Positions 19,197 through 31,666 of a stretch of 38,249 nucleotides of DNA are shown one piece after another (the first letter of the stretch is position 1; each line of letters starts with the position of its first letter). The notes under the pieces are model-generated. The model was given only the letters and a program-made list of their open reading frames with translations. It made no database searches and was not told the DNA's origin. Made by a program: the position numbers and the translations under genes. Source of the stretch: Piromyces finnis finn (Eukaryota; Fungi; Neocallimastigomycota). Where the stretch lies: contig MCFH01000118.1 of assembly GCA_002104945.1 (NCBI GenBank), positions 1-38,249 of the forward strand. Reading direction: 5' to 3'.

Positions 19197-21055
19197 ATTT
19201 TTATGTTACGGTTCGAGGAATTTACTTTTATTTATAAAATATTAATAAATTTATTAATACTCAAAAATAATATTAAAATGAAATAAGAAAAATTGTTTTA
19301 TTAATAAAATTGTTTTATTAAGATATTAATATAAAATTATAAAATAAAATATAAAAAAAAATAAAAATATCTGTATATTCTCTAATTCTTATAATATACA
19401 CCTTTTTATACTTTTTGTAAAAAATTAAGTAGTATTAATTAAAAGAATTAGTCTTTAATTATTTACATTAATTTTAGTATTTAAATTACTTTTAAATGAA
19501 TAATAAAATTACATTACTATTGTAACGAAATATTATAATAATAAACACACACACTCTAATGTATCAAATATATATGTATTTTTTTAATAATGTTTATTTA
19601 TTAAATTTATTATTATAATACGACTAACTCGCTAGGTCAGTGTATTATCAAACTAAAGACGAAACAAAAAAAACTAATTTTTATTAATTATTAATAAAAA
19701 CACTAAAGAACTATTTATCTTTCTTATTCTCTCTTTATATATGAAAATTTTTTTTTTTTAATACAATTTGATAAGTGAATTAATTACTTAATGATTGGTT
19801 ATAAAAATATAATTATGAAATTTTCATTAATCTAACCTTAATGATTTTCTAGTCTAACCCTTATCATTAGATATACCTCATTACAACTATTATAATAAAT
19901 ATTTATACATATTATTAAATTGATTAACATACATTAAAAGTTTACTTTAAATATATTTAACTAAAGAATTTTACTATTTTACAGAAATATTATTCATAAT
20001 TTTAATTAATAAAAATTCATTAACTTGATAAATTAAACTAAAAGTTCAATAAACTATAATTTTCAATATATTATTATTACTAAATTAATTTTTAAGTTTA
20101 ATAAAATAAAATTTAAGTTCAATAAAAATAATTATTAATAATTTTAAATATAATTTAAGTGTATACATTAATTTACAATTAAGAATATTGTAAAGTTTTC
20201 ATACATTTAGGAACAATAATGAATGGATTAGGTCATAATCATTAATTATGACAAGAATAACATTATTTGTTGGTTCCTTAACAACAATGATGCAATATAT
20301 TTCAAAAACACCATAAATAAAATATAATTATGAACGTTAGCAATAGGGAATGATATATGAATAATATATTAGTTAATATTGTATTTATTTCTATTTTATA
20401 ATAATAAAAATAAATAATAAAAATAATAAATTTTATAATAATATAATTAAATAGATTTTGGTTTAAAGATTCTTTATTTAATTATTATTATTATTATGAT
20501 TATAACATTAATAACATTCAATACTAATAGGATCGAAAATTATTATTGAATAAATATAAATAGTTAAATATAATGTGTAAATATAAAAATATGTTGATGA
20601 AAGTATTATTAATGATAAAATATAACTTTTCTGAAATAGTAAAAATAAACAATAAATATTCTTTTCTTTTATAACTAATATTTAAACTGAAGGAAATATA
20701 ATAAATACTAAATACGTAATTATTAACCTAAAACTAACTTAAACTAAAACTATTAATATAAAAATAAAATAAAATAAAACTAATACTTAAAACTAAAATA
20801 TCAAATATTATTTATAAATGAAAAGTTCTCTCTCTTGATATCTTCTGCTTTAACACTCTCTTTTATATCTTTTCCTTTCTTGTGTAACTAATTATTCTAA
20901 TGTATGTGTAACATTTGCGTCATAATAATTTATACTAATATAGTTTAATTATTATTATCATTAGTAATTGATATACAATTTATAAAAGGATTAGATATTA
21001 TTCATAAAATATTTAAAATATTATATTTTTCTATGCATCTTGTATCAACAATAAC
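19197..21055 (-). other. Probable 5' LTR of F, possibly plus unrelated AT-rich sequence; outer boundary unresolved
   Basis: Lies upstream of the PBS. Shares the U5-end motif GAACCGTARCA and short motifs (TGTTACACA, CAGAAGATA) with the A LTR. No partner copy in the window. Confidence 0.4.
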
Positions 21056-21549
21056 TGTAAAAGGTTTTTATATTATTAGTTAATAAGTTACTAATTAGTT
21101 AATTAAGTTAGTTATTACCTCTCTATACGAGTTAATAACTAAATAAAGTTTTATAAAAAATAATAAAAGAAAGAAAATAAATATTATAACACTAAAATAA
21201 ATATAAACACTTATATAAATATTTTATGAAATAACTTTTACTTAAATAATTATATTTTAATTATATCTTTTATTTATTTATTATAATTATCTACATTAAT
21301 TATTATTATAGCTATTAATTTACTTTAATACTAACGCTAAAGTATTTAACGTTAGTTTTGACTATACTATTTAACTATATGAGTTTATTTTCTTTACCAC
21401 TTGATTGGGTAAAGCAAATAAACTTCCTATTTAATTAATAACCATTAATATATGGTTATACATATATTTGGCCAATAAATGATGACCAGAATATATGGTT
21501 TCAATTGAAATATTTGTGGGCAAACTTATGGCCACAAATATTTCTTACA
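21056..21549 (-). repeat. E 3' LTR (TG...CA)
   Basis: Direct repeat of 33731-34224. Confidence 0.93.
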
Positions 21550-21552
21550 ATG

Positions 21553-21559
21553 CCCCCCT
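21553..21559 (-). promoter_or_regulatory. E polypurine tract
   Basis: Minus-strand AGGGGGG, 3 nt before the LTR. Confidence 0.8.
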
Positions 21560-21570
21560 AAGGAGAAAAC

Positions 21571-24500
21571 CTAGGCGGGGTTTTGGACACTAACCATGAA
21601 TTCCTGGTAGCATTTATCTTGAAATTCCTTGAGTAGCTTATCATAGTGGGAGTTCTTATCAATGATATCAGCATCAACCCACTCTTGCCTAAAGTCACTA
21701 AAGGTAGCTAAGTATTGGTAGTTATCCTTCTTTCTTCTAGCATTCATGATTTTGATGATTTTCTGGTAGCCCACTGGTGCAGGTGTTAGTTCTTCAGGTT
21801 TGTTATGGTAGGGTTCAAGTTCACTGATATGAAACACTGGGTAGACGTTGGGGAAAGGTGACTTGCTGATATCCAACCGGTAGTTAAGCTTGCTTTCATT
21901 AATTCCAATAACCTTGAAAGGACCGTACTTTCTTGCTTGTAGCTTGTAGAAGGGAAGAGGGTTGTAATTTTCTGGTTTTCTTAACCACACCAAATCCATG
22001 AGCCTAATTTTAGGGTAGTTAAGTTCTCTTCTATGGTCCAAGTGGTCTAAGAACCGTGTTCTTGATATGTCCAGCATGTGCTTTAAGTTACCTAAGTTGT
22101 GAGCGAAGCTATCTAATACAGGAGCTTCGCCAAGTGAGTGGACAAGTTCTGAATCTTGAGGGTTCATATGTACCTGGTAGTTATACAAGGCTAGGAATGG
22201 GGACTGCTTAGTAGAACTGTGCACTGCATTATTATAACAGAACTCAGCTAAGTACAAGTACTTCAACCATTCGTCGTCATCAAAGGTCTTCACAAAGCAT
22301 CTAAGGTACATACTTACGTAGGAGTTGTTACGTTCTACCTGACCAACTGTTTCATGATGGCCAGTAGTAGCAAGGTTTACTTCTACACCAAAGAACCCCA
22401 TAATGTCCTTCCACAACTTACTAGTGAACTGGACACCACGATCCGTAGTAACCGATTTGGGACAACCATGTAACTTGAATACATGTTGTAAGTATGCTAA
22501 TGCTGTTTCTTTAGCAGTAGGCATACTCCTAAATCCCACTAAGTGTATCATTTTGGTTAACTTATCGCTACAAACCATGATACAACCTCTTCTAGTGACT
22601 TCTGGGGGTTCTGATGGACTACTACCTGGTTTTCTGCGTTCCTTAATAGGTAGGTCCGTCAGGAAGTCAATTTCTACTTCTTGCCAAGGTAAGTCTGCAA
22701 CTTTTACCCTAGCAGCGCTACCATACGGCTTGTGTCTGTTGTCCTTTTGGGTACAACATATGGTGCAAGCTTTAATATAACCCGCAATGTCATCCTTCAT
22801 TTTTGGCCAGTAATAGTTTCTGGCTATCAGGTCGTAAGTCTTATCCTTTCCTAAGTGACCCGCTGTTTCACTATCATGGTTAAGTTTTATGATTGTTTCC
22901 CTTAACACCTTTGGTACATATGTACGTTCTGGTGCATCCTTCCTAACAATCAACCCATTAACCATCAACCACTTCTTTTTGATGAGCTTGTGGCCTCTTT
23001 TTGCGTCAAGACCATCTCTAATTTCCCTAGCAAGCTCATCCGTGTTGTAAGCTTGTTTCAATTCTCCCACAAAGCTTACTTCTAACACCGCATAGCACTC
23101 TTCTTCCACTGGTGGAAATTCTTTTACCTGTTCAGGTCGAAGGAGGCTAGCTTTTTCCATCTCCAGTTGTACCTGTTCTGGAGATACCATTCTTGATAGG
23201 ATATCGGCTCTACCATTCATTTTTCCTGGCCGATATATTATTTCGAAGTTGTATGCAGCAAACAGCTCTTGCCATCTTGCCTGTCTTGCTGTCAACAACT
23301 GTGGTTTTGTGGCGAACAGGAGATTCCTATGGTCACTATATACTAGGACCTTATGTTTCGCACCCATCAACAGGTGTCGCCACTCGATGAAAGCATTCCT
23401 AATAGCCAACAACTCCTTTTCTGTGATGGAGTAGTTGATTTCTGCTTTCGTAAGCTTCTTGGAATAGTAATACACAGGGTGTAGTTCATTGTCATCGCCT
23501 AGTTGTGATAATACACCACCCACCGCGTAGTTACTAGCATCGCACTCCACTATAAACTGACGGTCATGGTCAGGATATGCTAATACTGGTGGAGACAACA
23601 GCATTTCTTTTAACTTCTCGAACGCCTGGATGCGTTCTTCATTCCACAGGAACTGTACCTTTTTGGACGTCATAGCATATAACGGCCTTGCTATCTTAGA
23701 GAAGTCCTTTATAAACTTCCTATAATAGTCGCAGAATCCAAGGAATGACTGTAGTTCTTTGAGGTTGGTTGGTTGTGGCCAACTTGCTACAGCTTTTAAC
23801 TTCTCTGGGTCGGTTTTAATACCATATTTTCCAACTACATGACCCAGGAATGCAAGTTCTTCCTTGTGAAACTCACACTTCGCTAACTTAGCTACTAGAC
23901 GATTATCTATTAGCTTTTGTAGGACTCTTTTTACATGCCCTACATGCTCTTCAAGTGACTTGGAGTAGATGATGATATCGTCCAAGTACACTTGGCAGCA
24001 GTCGTTGATTTTTTCTGCCAGCACCGTATTAATGAACCCTTGGAACGTGGCAGGAGCATTAGTCAACCCAAATGGCATCACTAGATATTCATAATGCCCA
24101 AACTTGGTTGAGAATGCCGTCTTGTATTCGTCACCTTCACGAATACGCACGAGGTTGTAGGCAGACTTCAAATCCAACTTGGAGAAGATAGTCGCGCCTT
24201 TCATAGCTTCAAACACTTGACTGATGAGTGGTAAGGGGAAGGAGTTACGCACTGTTACCTTATTAAGACGCCTATAGTCAGTACATAATCGTCTTTCACC
24301 ACTCTTTTTGGGCACGAATAACACAGGATAACCTGCAGGACTCTCTGACTTCCTGATGAAGCCCTTTGCCAGGTTTTCCTCTATATATTCCTTCAGTGCT
24401 TTTTCCTCTTCTGGATTGAAGGGATATATAGGCCCTTTATGAAGACTAGCATCCGGCTCCAGGTCGATCTTACAGTCGTAAGGACGGTGTTCTGGTAGCT

Positions 24501-24741
24501 GGTTAGCTATTTCTTCATTAAATGCTTCTTTGAAATTGTGGTAGTACTTCTCCACGATTTCTTCAGGCGTAGGTTGATTTTCGTTTAAGTTTTCTTCCTG
24601 TACCAACCCTACGTAAATGTGATTTTTCTCTAAGTTCGACTCTTGTACCAACCCTACTGAAACACAAGTTTTCTCTAAGTTGGATTCAAATGCCAACCCT
24701 CCGGAATCACATTTTTTCTCTAAGTCAACACTCTGTACCAA
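21571..24741 (-). CDS. pol: E Pol: RT, RNase H, integrase, divergent chromodomain-like C-terminus
   Basis: RRLCTDYR, MPFGL, YLDDIII, VECDAS, HDSETAGH...CTIC, TDRGVQF, KYGPF, YQYLATF...EWV. Confidence 0.95.
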   Translation of the reverse strand: MVQSVDLEKKCDSGGLAFESNLEKTCVSVGLVQESNLEKNHIYVGLVQEENLNENQPTPEEIVEKYYHNFKEAFNEEIANQLPEHRPYDCKIDLEPDASLHKGPIYPFNPEEEKALKEYIEENLAKGFIRKSESPAGYPVLFVPKKSGERRLCTDYRRLNKVTVRNSFPLPLISQVFEAMKGATIFSKLDLKSAYNLVRIREGDEYKTAFSTKFGHYEYLVMPFGLTNAPATFQGFINTVLAEKINDCCQVYLDDIIIYSKSLEEHVGHVKRVLQKLIDNRLVAKLAKCEFHKEELAFLGHVVGKYGIKTDPEKLKAVASWPQPTNLKELQSFLGFCDYYRKFIKDFSKIARPLYAMTSKKVQFLWNEERIQAFEKLKEMLLSPPVLAYPDHDRQFIVECDASNYAVGGVLSQLGDDNELHPVYYYSKKLTKAEINYSITEKELLAIRNAFIEWRHLLMGAKHKVLVYSDHRNLLFATKPQLLTARQARWQELFAAYNFEIIYRPGKMNGRADILSRMVSPEQVQLEMEKASLLRPEQVKEFPPVEEECYAVLEVSFVGELKQAYNTDELAREIRDGLDAKRGHKLIKKKWLMVNGLIVRKDAPERTYVPKVLRETIIKLNHDSETAGHLGKDKTYDLIARNYYWPKMKDDIAGYIKACTICCTQKDNRHKPYGSAARVKVADLPWQEVEIDFLTDLPIKERRKPGSSPSEPPEVTRRGCIMVCSDKLTKMIHLVGFRSMPTAKETALAYLQHVFKLHGCPKSVTTDRGVQFTSKLWKDIMGFFGVEVNLATTGHHETVGQVERNNSYVSMYLRCFVKTFDDDEWLKYLYLAEFCYNNAVHSSTKQSPFLALYNYQVHMNPQDSELVHSLGEAPVLDSFAHNLGNLKHMLDISRTRFLDHLDHRRELNYPKIRLMDLVWLRKPENYNPLPFYKLQARKYGPFKVIGINESKLNYRLDISKSPFPNVYPVFHISELEPYHNKPEELTPAPVGYQKIIKIMNARRKKDNYQYLATFSDFRQEWVDADIIDKNSHYDKLLKEFQDKCYQEFMVSVQNPA

Positions 24742-24795
24742 CCCTACTGAAACGGGATTTTTTTTAAGTTGGAACTCGATGCCAACCCTCCGGAA
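24590..24795 (-). repeat. 45-bp (15-aa) tandem repeat, ~4.5 copies, between PR and RT of E
   Basis: Plus-strand CCAACCCT at 24603, 24648, 24693, 24738 and 24782. Confidence 0.88.
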
Positions 24796-26482
24796 CTTCC
24801 GTTCCTGGTTTCTTTTGTAGCCTTGTGGCTACCATTACCCACGATTTCGGCTTCTATGTTTTCCGCAGTTACAGTTACCAGAGGCCTTCTTGCTTTTGCA
24901 TTAGTAACTGTAGTTATGGGACTTAATTGAGTACAGTAGTAGATGTCGCCACCATTTACACCATATCTGTTGGTATGTCCTTTATCCTTATCATTATCTA
25001 CTACGAAGTACCTCACTTGTGCATCTTTATCATAACCTCTGTAGATAAAGTGCTCATCCATGAAGCCCAGTCCCACAATGATCATCTCCGGCATGTTGTC
25101 GGATAGGTGACAACTTGTGTTGAAGCAGTATGGTTTAGCTTCTTGTTCGCCAGATGGAGTTAACCATAACTTCAACTGCAAGTCATCTGAGAACTGCTTT
25201 AACTCGATATCTCCATTCACAGTTCTGAATATGGCTGGTTTGTCCACTACCTTTAACCCGAGCTTCTTTGCTAAATTTGGGTGGATGAGGTTTGTAGTGG
25301 AACCAGTATCATACAAGACTTCTACCCTTTTTATATCTCGAGGGTTGCTTCTTGCATTTATTTCAGCTACTAGTTGGTTCTGACTGTAGTAACTGTTATT
25401 GACCGTCGTTTGACTTGCCATAGCCTTAAGTAGTGGGTTATTTCCCATACTAGAAGGTCCTTGCCTTGGTTGGAAGCTAGAACTTCTTCTAAAGCTTGAC
25501 TTATTTAAGGATTCACGACGTTCTTTAGTACCGTTATTGTTTTTTGCGTAAGCCTGAGTGTTGGTCTGCTCAACTTTAGGCTTATTATTTGGCTTGTTGT
25601 TCTTCTGCTTTAACTCAGCCCATCTAGATGGTCTACATGGGTCTGTGATGTCCAACAAGGCCATAATAGTGGTCTGGCGGTCTCTTTTGTCGTACTTTTC
25701 TATGGTTTCATTACGGAAGACTGCTTGGTGATCATCGCACTTTAACAAGACTTCACTTAATGTTTCCAGCGTACGTTCCTGTTCAGGGATATCATAGAAC
25801 GCTTCCCTGACAGAAGGCCTGACCTGTTGTATTAACACCTGTCTCCTAACATTTTCAGGAAGCCCAAGTGTTTCCGTCAATTCATTGAACTCTTCCAAGT
25901 AATCGTATGCTTTTCCCCACTCATGTGTGAGCTTAAGCAACTTTGACTTGCAGAGTTCATGGGGAGACTCTGGTGGGAACTTATCTTGAAGGTGGAGGAA
26001 TAGTCTTTCAGCATCAGGATTCCTACGCTGCAACATCCTCTCTCTAAGTCTATACCATCTCAATACTTTCCCACCTAGATGATCTTCAATGAAGCTAACC
26101 TTTGCCTTTTCGTCGTTACCATAGTCATATGGGTAACGTTTGAAATGACGTAAGCACTTCTCTTGAAAACCCTCTAAGTCTATCCCATTATTATCAAACA
26201 TAGGCACTTTTTCTTCATACCTATGTACTCGCCAGTCGAACATCTTCACATCCCCATCCTCGGAGTATTCCGTAGGGTTGGTGCTGCTACTAGTTCCAGC
26301 ACCATGAGGATTACCCATACCACCGGTTTGATAGGATGTTCTTTCATGAGCTCTGGCTTCAGCTCTTCTGTTCATGGCTTCGACTTTAGCCTCGAACAAT
26401 TTTTCTCTTTCTTCTAGAGCATTTCGTTGCTCCCTCAATCTGGCCATCTCTTTTTTCAAGCTCTTTTTTATAAGAGACAAAG
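24744..26482 (-). CDS. gag: E Gag C-terminal part and protease
   Basis: Capsid-like VLRWY...YLEEFNEL segment and LYDTGSTTNLI protease motif. No CCHC seen. Confidence 0.9.
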
Positions 26483-27086
26483 TGTAATGCTGACACAGAA
26501 AGAATAGATTAGGATATCTATTCTATTACAATAACACAAAATTTAAAATAAAATAAAAAATTGTTTTATTAAAAATATCTTTTATTATAATAGAAATTTT
26601 ATTAATAACAATTACATCGATAAAATGATGAAAAATATCTTCTATTTATATTTTTCCTAAATACATTTATATTATATTATAACTATTTATTTCTTATATA
26701 TTATTATTTAAAATCTACACTAAAATCTTAATTATTAATAAATATTTAAACTATAACTATTTTTAGTAAAATACAATTGGCAATTCAAATTAAGTACTAT
26801 TCAATTTGAATATGTGCCCATGTATTATTGATATATTAATCATTTATTATTTATTTATTTCTATGAAAAAACAATACTAAAACTAGGGATTTAAATTGAG
26901 AATATTAATTTACTTGTTAAACATTAAAAATAAATTAATAATTTATTTTGTTTTAAACTTTAATTATTAATAAATAAATTATGTCTCATTTTCTTTTTCT
27001 GAATATAATTTGTGTAACTTAAACAATAATACTTGTGGCTTAAGTTACATTAAAGATATCAAACAGAGGCGTTTGATATCTTTACA
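26483..27086 (-). repeat. D 3' LTR (604 bp, TG...CA)
   Basis: Near-identical to 32246-32844; differences seen are mainly 1-nt indels. Confidence 0.96.
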
Positions 27087-27087
27087 A

Positions 27088-27098
27088 TCTCTCTCTCT
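27088..27098 (-). promoter_or_regulatory. D polypurine tract
   Basis: Minus-strand AGAGAGAGAGA, 1 nt before the LTR. Confidence 0.75.
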
Positions 27099-27122
27099 AA
27101 GTCGAGCTCCTGCGAGATTAAT

Positions 27123-29465
27123 TTATAAGGAATCTTTTCTCGAAGGAATTTCAATTACAAATGGTTGGTATCTGTGCTTGATTAGATTACCAACTTTATT
27201 CTTTCTAATTTTCATGGAGGAGTCGTTCGACTTATATTTTGACTTTTTAGAGTTTCTTTCAAACTCTTGTATTAATTGTTTATCTGGAATCTGATCTTCA
27301 GAAATCCAAGTGGATTTGTCAAATCCTTTCCATGATAACTTATAAAATGTTTCACCATTAACAGATTTCATCTTTTCAATTTTCTCTGGAATTTTTTCAA
27401 TTAAATCTGTGTTAAGGTGAATGTTCCTCTTCCTACGATTAGACCTGTCGTTAAACTTGTTTTCAAAGTATGGTTCTAACAATGAAACATGAAAGACTGG
27501 ATGACATCTCATTGTCTTTGGAAGTTTCAATTTGAAAGCGAGAGAACTAACTTTTCCAATTATCTCAAATGGGCCAAGCATTTGAGGTGCTAATTTTCTC
27601 TTTAGGTTAGTTCCAGGAGAATCTTTCAATAACCATACTTTCTTTCCCACTTCGAACTCCGGGGGAATCATTCTCTTCATATCGGCATATTTCTTATATG
27701 TTTCTTTTGCTTTTTCTAAGTTTTCTTTTAATAATTTAAAGTTTTCATTCATATCAATTACTCTTTGTTCAGCTCTACTAGGTCTATCATTAGCCGGGAT
27801 TTCCAAGCTGAACTTTGGATGAAAACCATAATTAGCAAAGAATGGGGATTGATTTATAGATTGTTGTAAAGTATTATTATATGCAAATTCAGCAAATGGG
27901 ATAAGATCAACCCAGTTATTCTGCTTTTTATTTATAAAACAACGGAAATATTGTTCTAATATGCCGTTCACCCTCTCCGTTTGACCATCTGTCTGCGGAT
28001 GGTTGGCAGTTGATAATGAATGATTGATATTAAGAAGGTCACAAAGTCTTGACCAAAAGTCAGAAGTAAATTGCGAGCCTCTATCAGAAATGATGGAATC
28101 AGGAAGACCATGCAAACGGAAGACATTAGCAATAAAAGCATCAGCAGCAATCGAAGCAGTAGGAAGACAACGTAAAGGAATGGCGTGAGCAAATTTAGTA
28201 AATCTATCGACAACAACCATGAGAGTTGTCATATCTCTGGACTTAGGAAGATCAACAATAAAATCAATAGAAATATCAGACCAGGGCCTACTGGGAGTGT
28301 CCAAAGGGGATAACAATCCATAAGGCTTATGTCTGGGGACTTTGGATTTGCAACAAGTCACGCAAGATTTGATAAAAGATTTAACGTCTGAATGAAACCT
28401 TGGCCACCAAAAGTTTCTGGAAATCAGTTCAGTGGTTTTCTTAATACCGAAATGACCAGCAGCAACAGAATCATGATGAAGTTCCAAAACTCTTGTCCTA
28501 AGAGATTTAGGAACATAAATAAGATTATTATATAACAAAAATCCTTCGTTATCAATAATAACTTTATCAATATTTTTAATAGGTGCATTACATGCAGAAC
28601 CATTCATTTTAAATTGGACAATAGAATTATACAAATCGTCATTTTTAAGTTCTAATAAAATAGAATCGATTAACGGTTTGTTATCGCTATGATGAAACGA
28701 AATAGTAAGACAAGAAACATCAGAATTAATATTATTCTCTAAATGGTCACTTCTACGAGACAGGATATCAGGCTTACCGGATTTCTTTCCAGCTCTATAA
28801 ATGAGTTTAAAATCAAATCTGGATAAGAACAAATTCCATCTAATTTGTCTCTGAGATAACATTTCAGGTTTTCTAGGAAATGTTAAATTCTTGTGATCAG
28901 TATAAATTATGAACGGATGGCGTGCACCTTCTAAATAATGACGCCATTCTTCAAGAGCAACTACAATAGCTAAAAGTTCCTTGTCATATATAGGATAGTT
29001 TCTTTGACAACTCGTCAAACTTTTAGAAAGAAATGCAATAGGATGTAATTTGCCATCAAATTCTTGAGAGAGAATAGCACCGACAGCATAATTACTAGCA
29101 TCAGTTTCTACAATAAATTGTTTATTACTATCCGCATGTTTTAGAATAGGAGCTGACGTGAACAGAGATTTTAATAAAATAAAAGCGTCCTGATCTTCTT
29201 TCACCCAGTTAAAAGCAACATTCTTTCTAGTGAGTTTGTGAAGAGGGTTTGCAATTTTAGCAAAGTCTTTAATAAAAATTCTGTAATAGTTGCATAAACC
29301 AATAAAAGACTGAACCTCTTTAACATTCTTGGGAACCGGCCAATCGAGAATTGCTTTAATTTTATTCTCATCCATTTGCAATCCATCCTTTGAAATGACA
29401 TAACCAAGAAAAGTGGTTTTCTCAACATCAAACTCACATATTTCTAATTTAACATAAAGATTATT
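27123..29465 (-). CDS. pol: D Pol 3' part: RT C-terminus, RNase H, integrase, divergent chromodomain
   Basis: [15 protein letters not shown]...[41 protein letters not shown]...TWISE. The frame extends upstream of 29381 to about 29465. Confidence 0.94.
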   Translation of the reverse strand, partial: NNLYVKLEICEFDVEKTTFLGYVISKDGLQMDENKIKAILDWPVPKNVKEVQSFIGLCNYYRIFIKDFAKIANPLHKLTRKNVAFNWVKEDQDAFILLKSLFTSAPILKHADSNKQFIVETDASNYAVGAILSQEFDGKLHPIAFLSKSLTSCQRNYPIYDKELLAIVVALEEWRHYLEGARHPFIIYTDHKNLTFPRKPEMLSQRQIRWNLFLSRFDFKLIYRAGKKSGKPDILSRRSDHLENNINSDVSCLTISFHHSDNKPLIDSILLELKNDDLYNSIVQFKMNGSACNAPIKNIDKVIIDNEGFLLYNNLIYVPKSLRTRVLELHHDSVAAGHFGIKKTTELISRNFWWPRFHSDVKSFIKSCVTCCKSKVPRHKPYGLLSPLDTPSRPWSDISIDFIVDLPKSRDMTTLMVVVDRFTKFAHAIPLRCLPTASIAADAFIANVFRLHGLPDSIISDRGSQFTSDFWSRLCDLLNINHSLSTANHPQTDGQTERVNGILEQYFRCFINKKQNNWVDLIPFAEFAYNNTLQQSINQSPFFANYGFHPKFSLEIPANDRPSRAEQRVIDMNENFKLLKENLEKAKETYKKYADMKRMIPPEFEVGKKVWLLKDSPGTNLKRKLAPQMLGPFEIIGKVSSLAFKLKLPKTMRCHPVFHVSLLEPYFENKFNDRSNRRKRNIHLNTDLIEKIPEKIEKMKSVNGETFYKLSWKGFDKSTWISEDQIPDKQLIQEFERNSKKSKYKSNDSSMKIRKNKVGNLIKHRYQPFVIEIPSRKDSL

Positions 29466-31128
29466 TCAAGTAGTTTCTTAAGTACCTTTTTAACATGCTC
29501 ATGATGTTCTTCGATATTATTAGAATAAATAAGAATATCATCAATATATGAGATAACAAAATCGTCTAAATAGTCACTAAGGACATCGTTAATGAAGTGT
29601 TGAAAAGTTGCAGGTGCATTCTTTAATCCAAAAGGCATAACCAGATATTCAAAATGACCATACCTAGTACGAAAAGCCGTTTTGTATTCGTCACCTTCTT
29701 TAATACGAACAAGATTATAAGCGGATTTAAGGTCTAATTTGGTAAAAATCTTAGCATTTTTCACCCTATCCAAAAGGTCACTTATTAAAGGTAAAGGATA
29801 TGAATTACGAATTGTAATATTATTCAACCTTCTATAATCAATACAAAGTCTTAAGGAACCGTCCTTCTTTTTAACAAACAAAATTGGGGCACCAGCAGGA
29901 GACGATGATTTCCTAATAAAACCTTTATTTAAATTTTCATCTATATACTTTTTAAGTTCCTCTCTTTCAACTTCAGTTAATGGATACAAGGGTCCATAAA
30001 ATAAAGTTGAATCATCCTTAAGTTTGATTTCACAATCATAAGGTCTATGAGGAGGTAACACTTCACAATTTTTTTCGTTAAACACTTCACTAAATTCTAA
30101 ATATTGGGTTGGTACGGCGACCAATTTATCTTTATTAATATTCTTTTCATTATTATTATTACTACATGATTCATTATCATTATTACATGTTTCATTAATT
30201 TTCGTTACAATACATTTAACTTTTTTATTAAAACTAATATATTCATCATCGCTGTCATCTTCATCATTAATGGTTCTAACAAGGCGGCCTTTAACATATT
30301 CTTTTTCTTCATGGTTTGGGACGGAGGAATCTACTTTCGGTTTTTTGGTTAAGCTTCGGTCGAGAACATCATGATCTAATTGATCATTCTTGGACTTCTT
30401 TCTTGGTTTTCTTTTTCTTTTACCTGTGTTACAGTGTCTGGCACAATAACCAGAACTAAAAGCGATTTTCTTAGAGTCATAGAAAGCATTTGGATTATGC
30501 TTCTTTATCCACGGCAAACCAAGAATAACATCAACACCGGGGACTTGTAATCCATAAAGTTGAATTACTTCGAAGTGATTTTTGCAACGGAGCATGCACT
30601 TCTCAGTCCTTTCCCAAACACTAACAACTCCATCACTAACACCTGAAACACGGAATGGTTCCACTTTTTCCAAATTAATACCAAGTTCTTCAGCAAGACT
30701 TGGATTAATGAAATTTAATTCAGAACCGGAATCAATTAAAACCTTAATCTTAACTTCCGAAACTTCATTGGTACTCAAGTAAAAGTCCACAAGGTTTAAA
30801 TCACTTTTCACTCCCTTGACTCCAACTTTGTAAATTTTTGGATTAACAATTTTTGGAGTCCTTTCTTTCACAATTCTTAACACTTTTCTGGGCTTTACTC
30901 TATTAGGACAATTAAATTTTAAATGTCCTGGTTGTTTACAAAGAAAACATAACCCCTTTTTCTTTTCTTCTTCAAAGTTGTCTATGTTTTCATTGTAATT
31001 TTTACTTGATCCTTGGATATTCACATACCTTTTGCGTTTATTTTCTCTACTAATTCTAAATACATCCACATCCATAGGATCGTTAGCCCTTCTACCATTA
31101 AAATAAAATTCACTTAGAGAATTCCTTT
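29444..31128 (-). CDS. D Gag C-terminus (CCHC), protease, RT N-terminal part
   Basis: [40 protein letters not shown]. The frame extends upstream of 31075 to about 31128. Confidence 0.94.
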
Positions 31129-31666
31129 CATCATATCTTCAACTAAAATAGTTGAAGAAATCAATTGTTCAATTGAAGTTGGGTTTGATTCAATGAAAGC
31201 CAACTTCTCCCTAAGTGGTGGTAATAAACCTTTCAGAAACATGTAGATTTTTGCGCTGTCATTAAAGCTTGAATTTTGGCTAATACGTTGAAACTCGGTA
31301 ATGTAATCTAATACCTGACCAAGTTTCCTTTGGCGAAGATTATCTAATTTACCGTTAGCTACAACGGTATCGTATCTATAACTGCCAAAATTAGCCTTCA
31401 ACCTATCTACAAATTCATCATAATGGTTTAAACCCCACTATTATTCTTCATCAACACTGAAGCCCATTCCAAAGGTTTACCAGAGAAGTATGATATAACG
31501 AAGTCGACCTTGACTCGATCTGTATTATACAGTGTCGGTCGAGTACGAAATACCAACTCAACTCTGGTTAAAAATCCATCCAATTCTCTTTGTTTACCAG
31601 AAAATATCGGTGGAGCATTAATAATGTTCCCCGAATTCCCAGAAACACCACAGTCCTATCACCCAT
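31114..31666 (-). pseudogene. gag: D gag N-terminal part, broken by single-base deletions (~31657, ~31431, ~31127)
   Basis: Manual translation APPIFSGKQRELDGFLTRVELVFRTRPTLYNTDRVKVDFVISYFSGKPLEWA aligns by eye with C Gag FAGDRRYLKGFLAKVELVF...AMNWA. Confidence 0.85.

Noticed and set aside
19204-19219. Group II intron domain V (TACGGTTC resembles its 3' strand; also 4390-4397)
   Set aside because: No AGC/CGC triad or complementary 5' strand upstream; the motif is better explained as a U5 end.
19621-19665. Hammerhead ribozyme (GACGAAAC)
   Set aside because: No CUGANGA core or stem II upstream. The CTGATGA hits I noticed elsewhere lie inside coding sequence.
24755-24768. Programmed -1 frameshift at A AAA AAA between PR and RT of E
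   Set aside because: The 45-bp repeat register shows this unit is 44 bp, a 1-bp loss. The position after protease is atypical and I saw no downstream stimulator.
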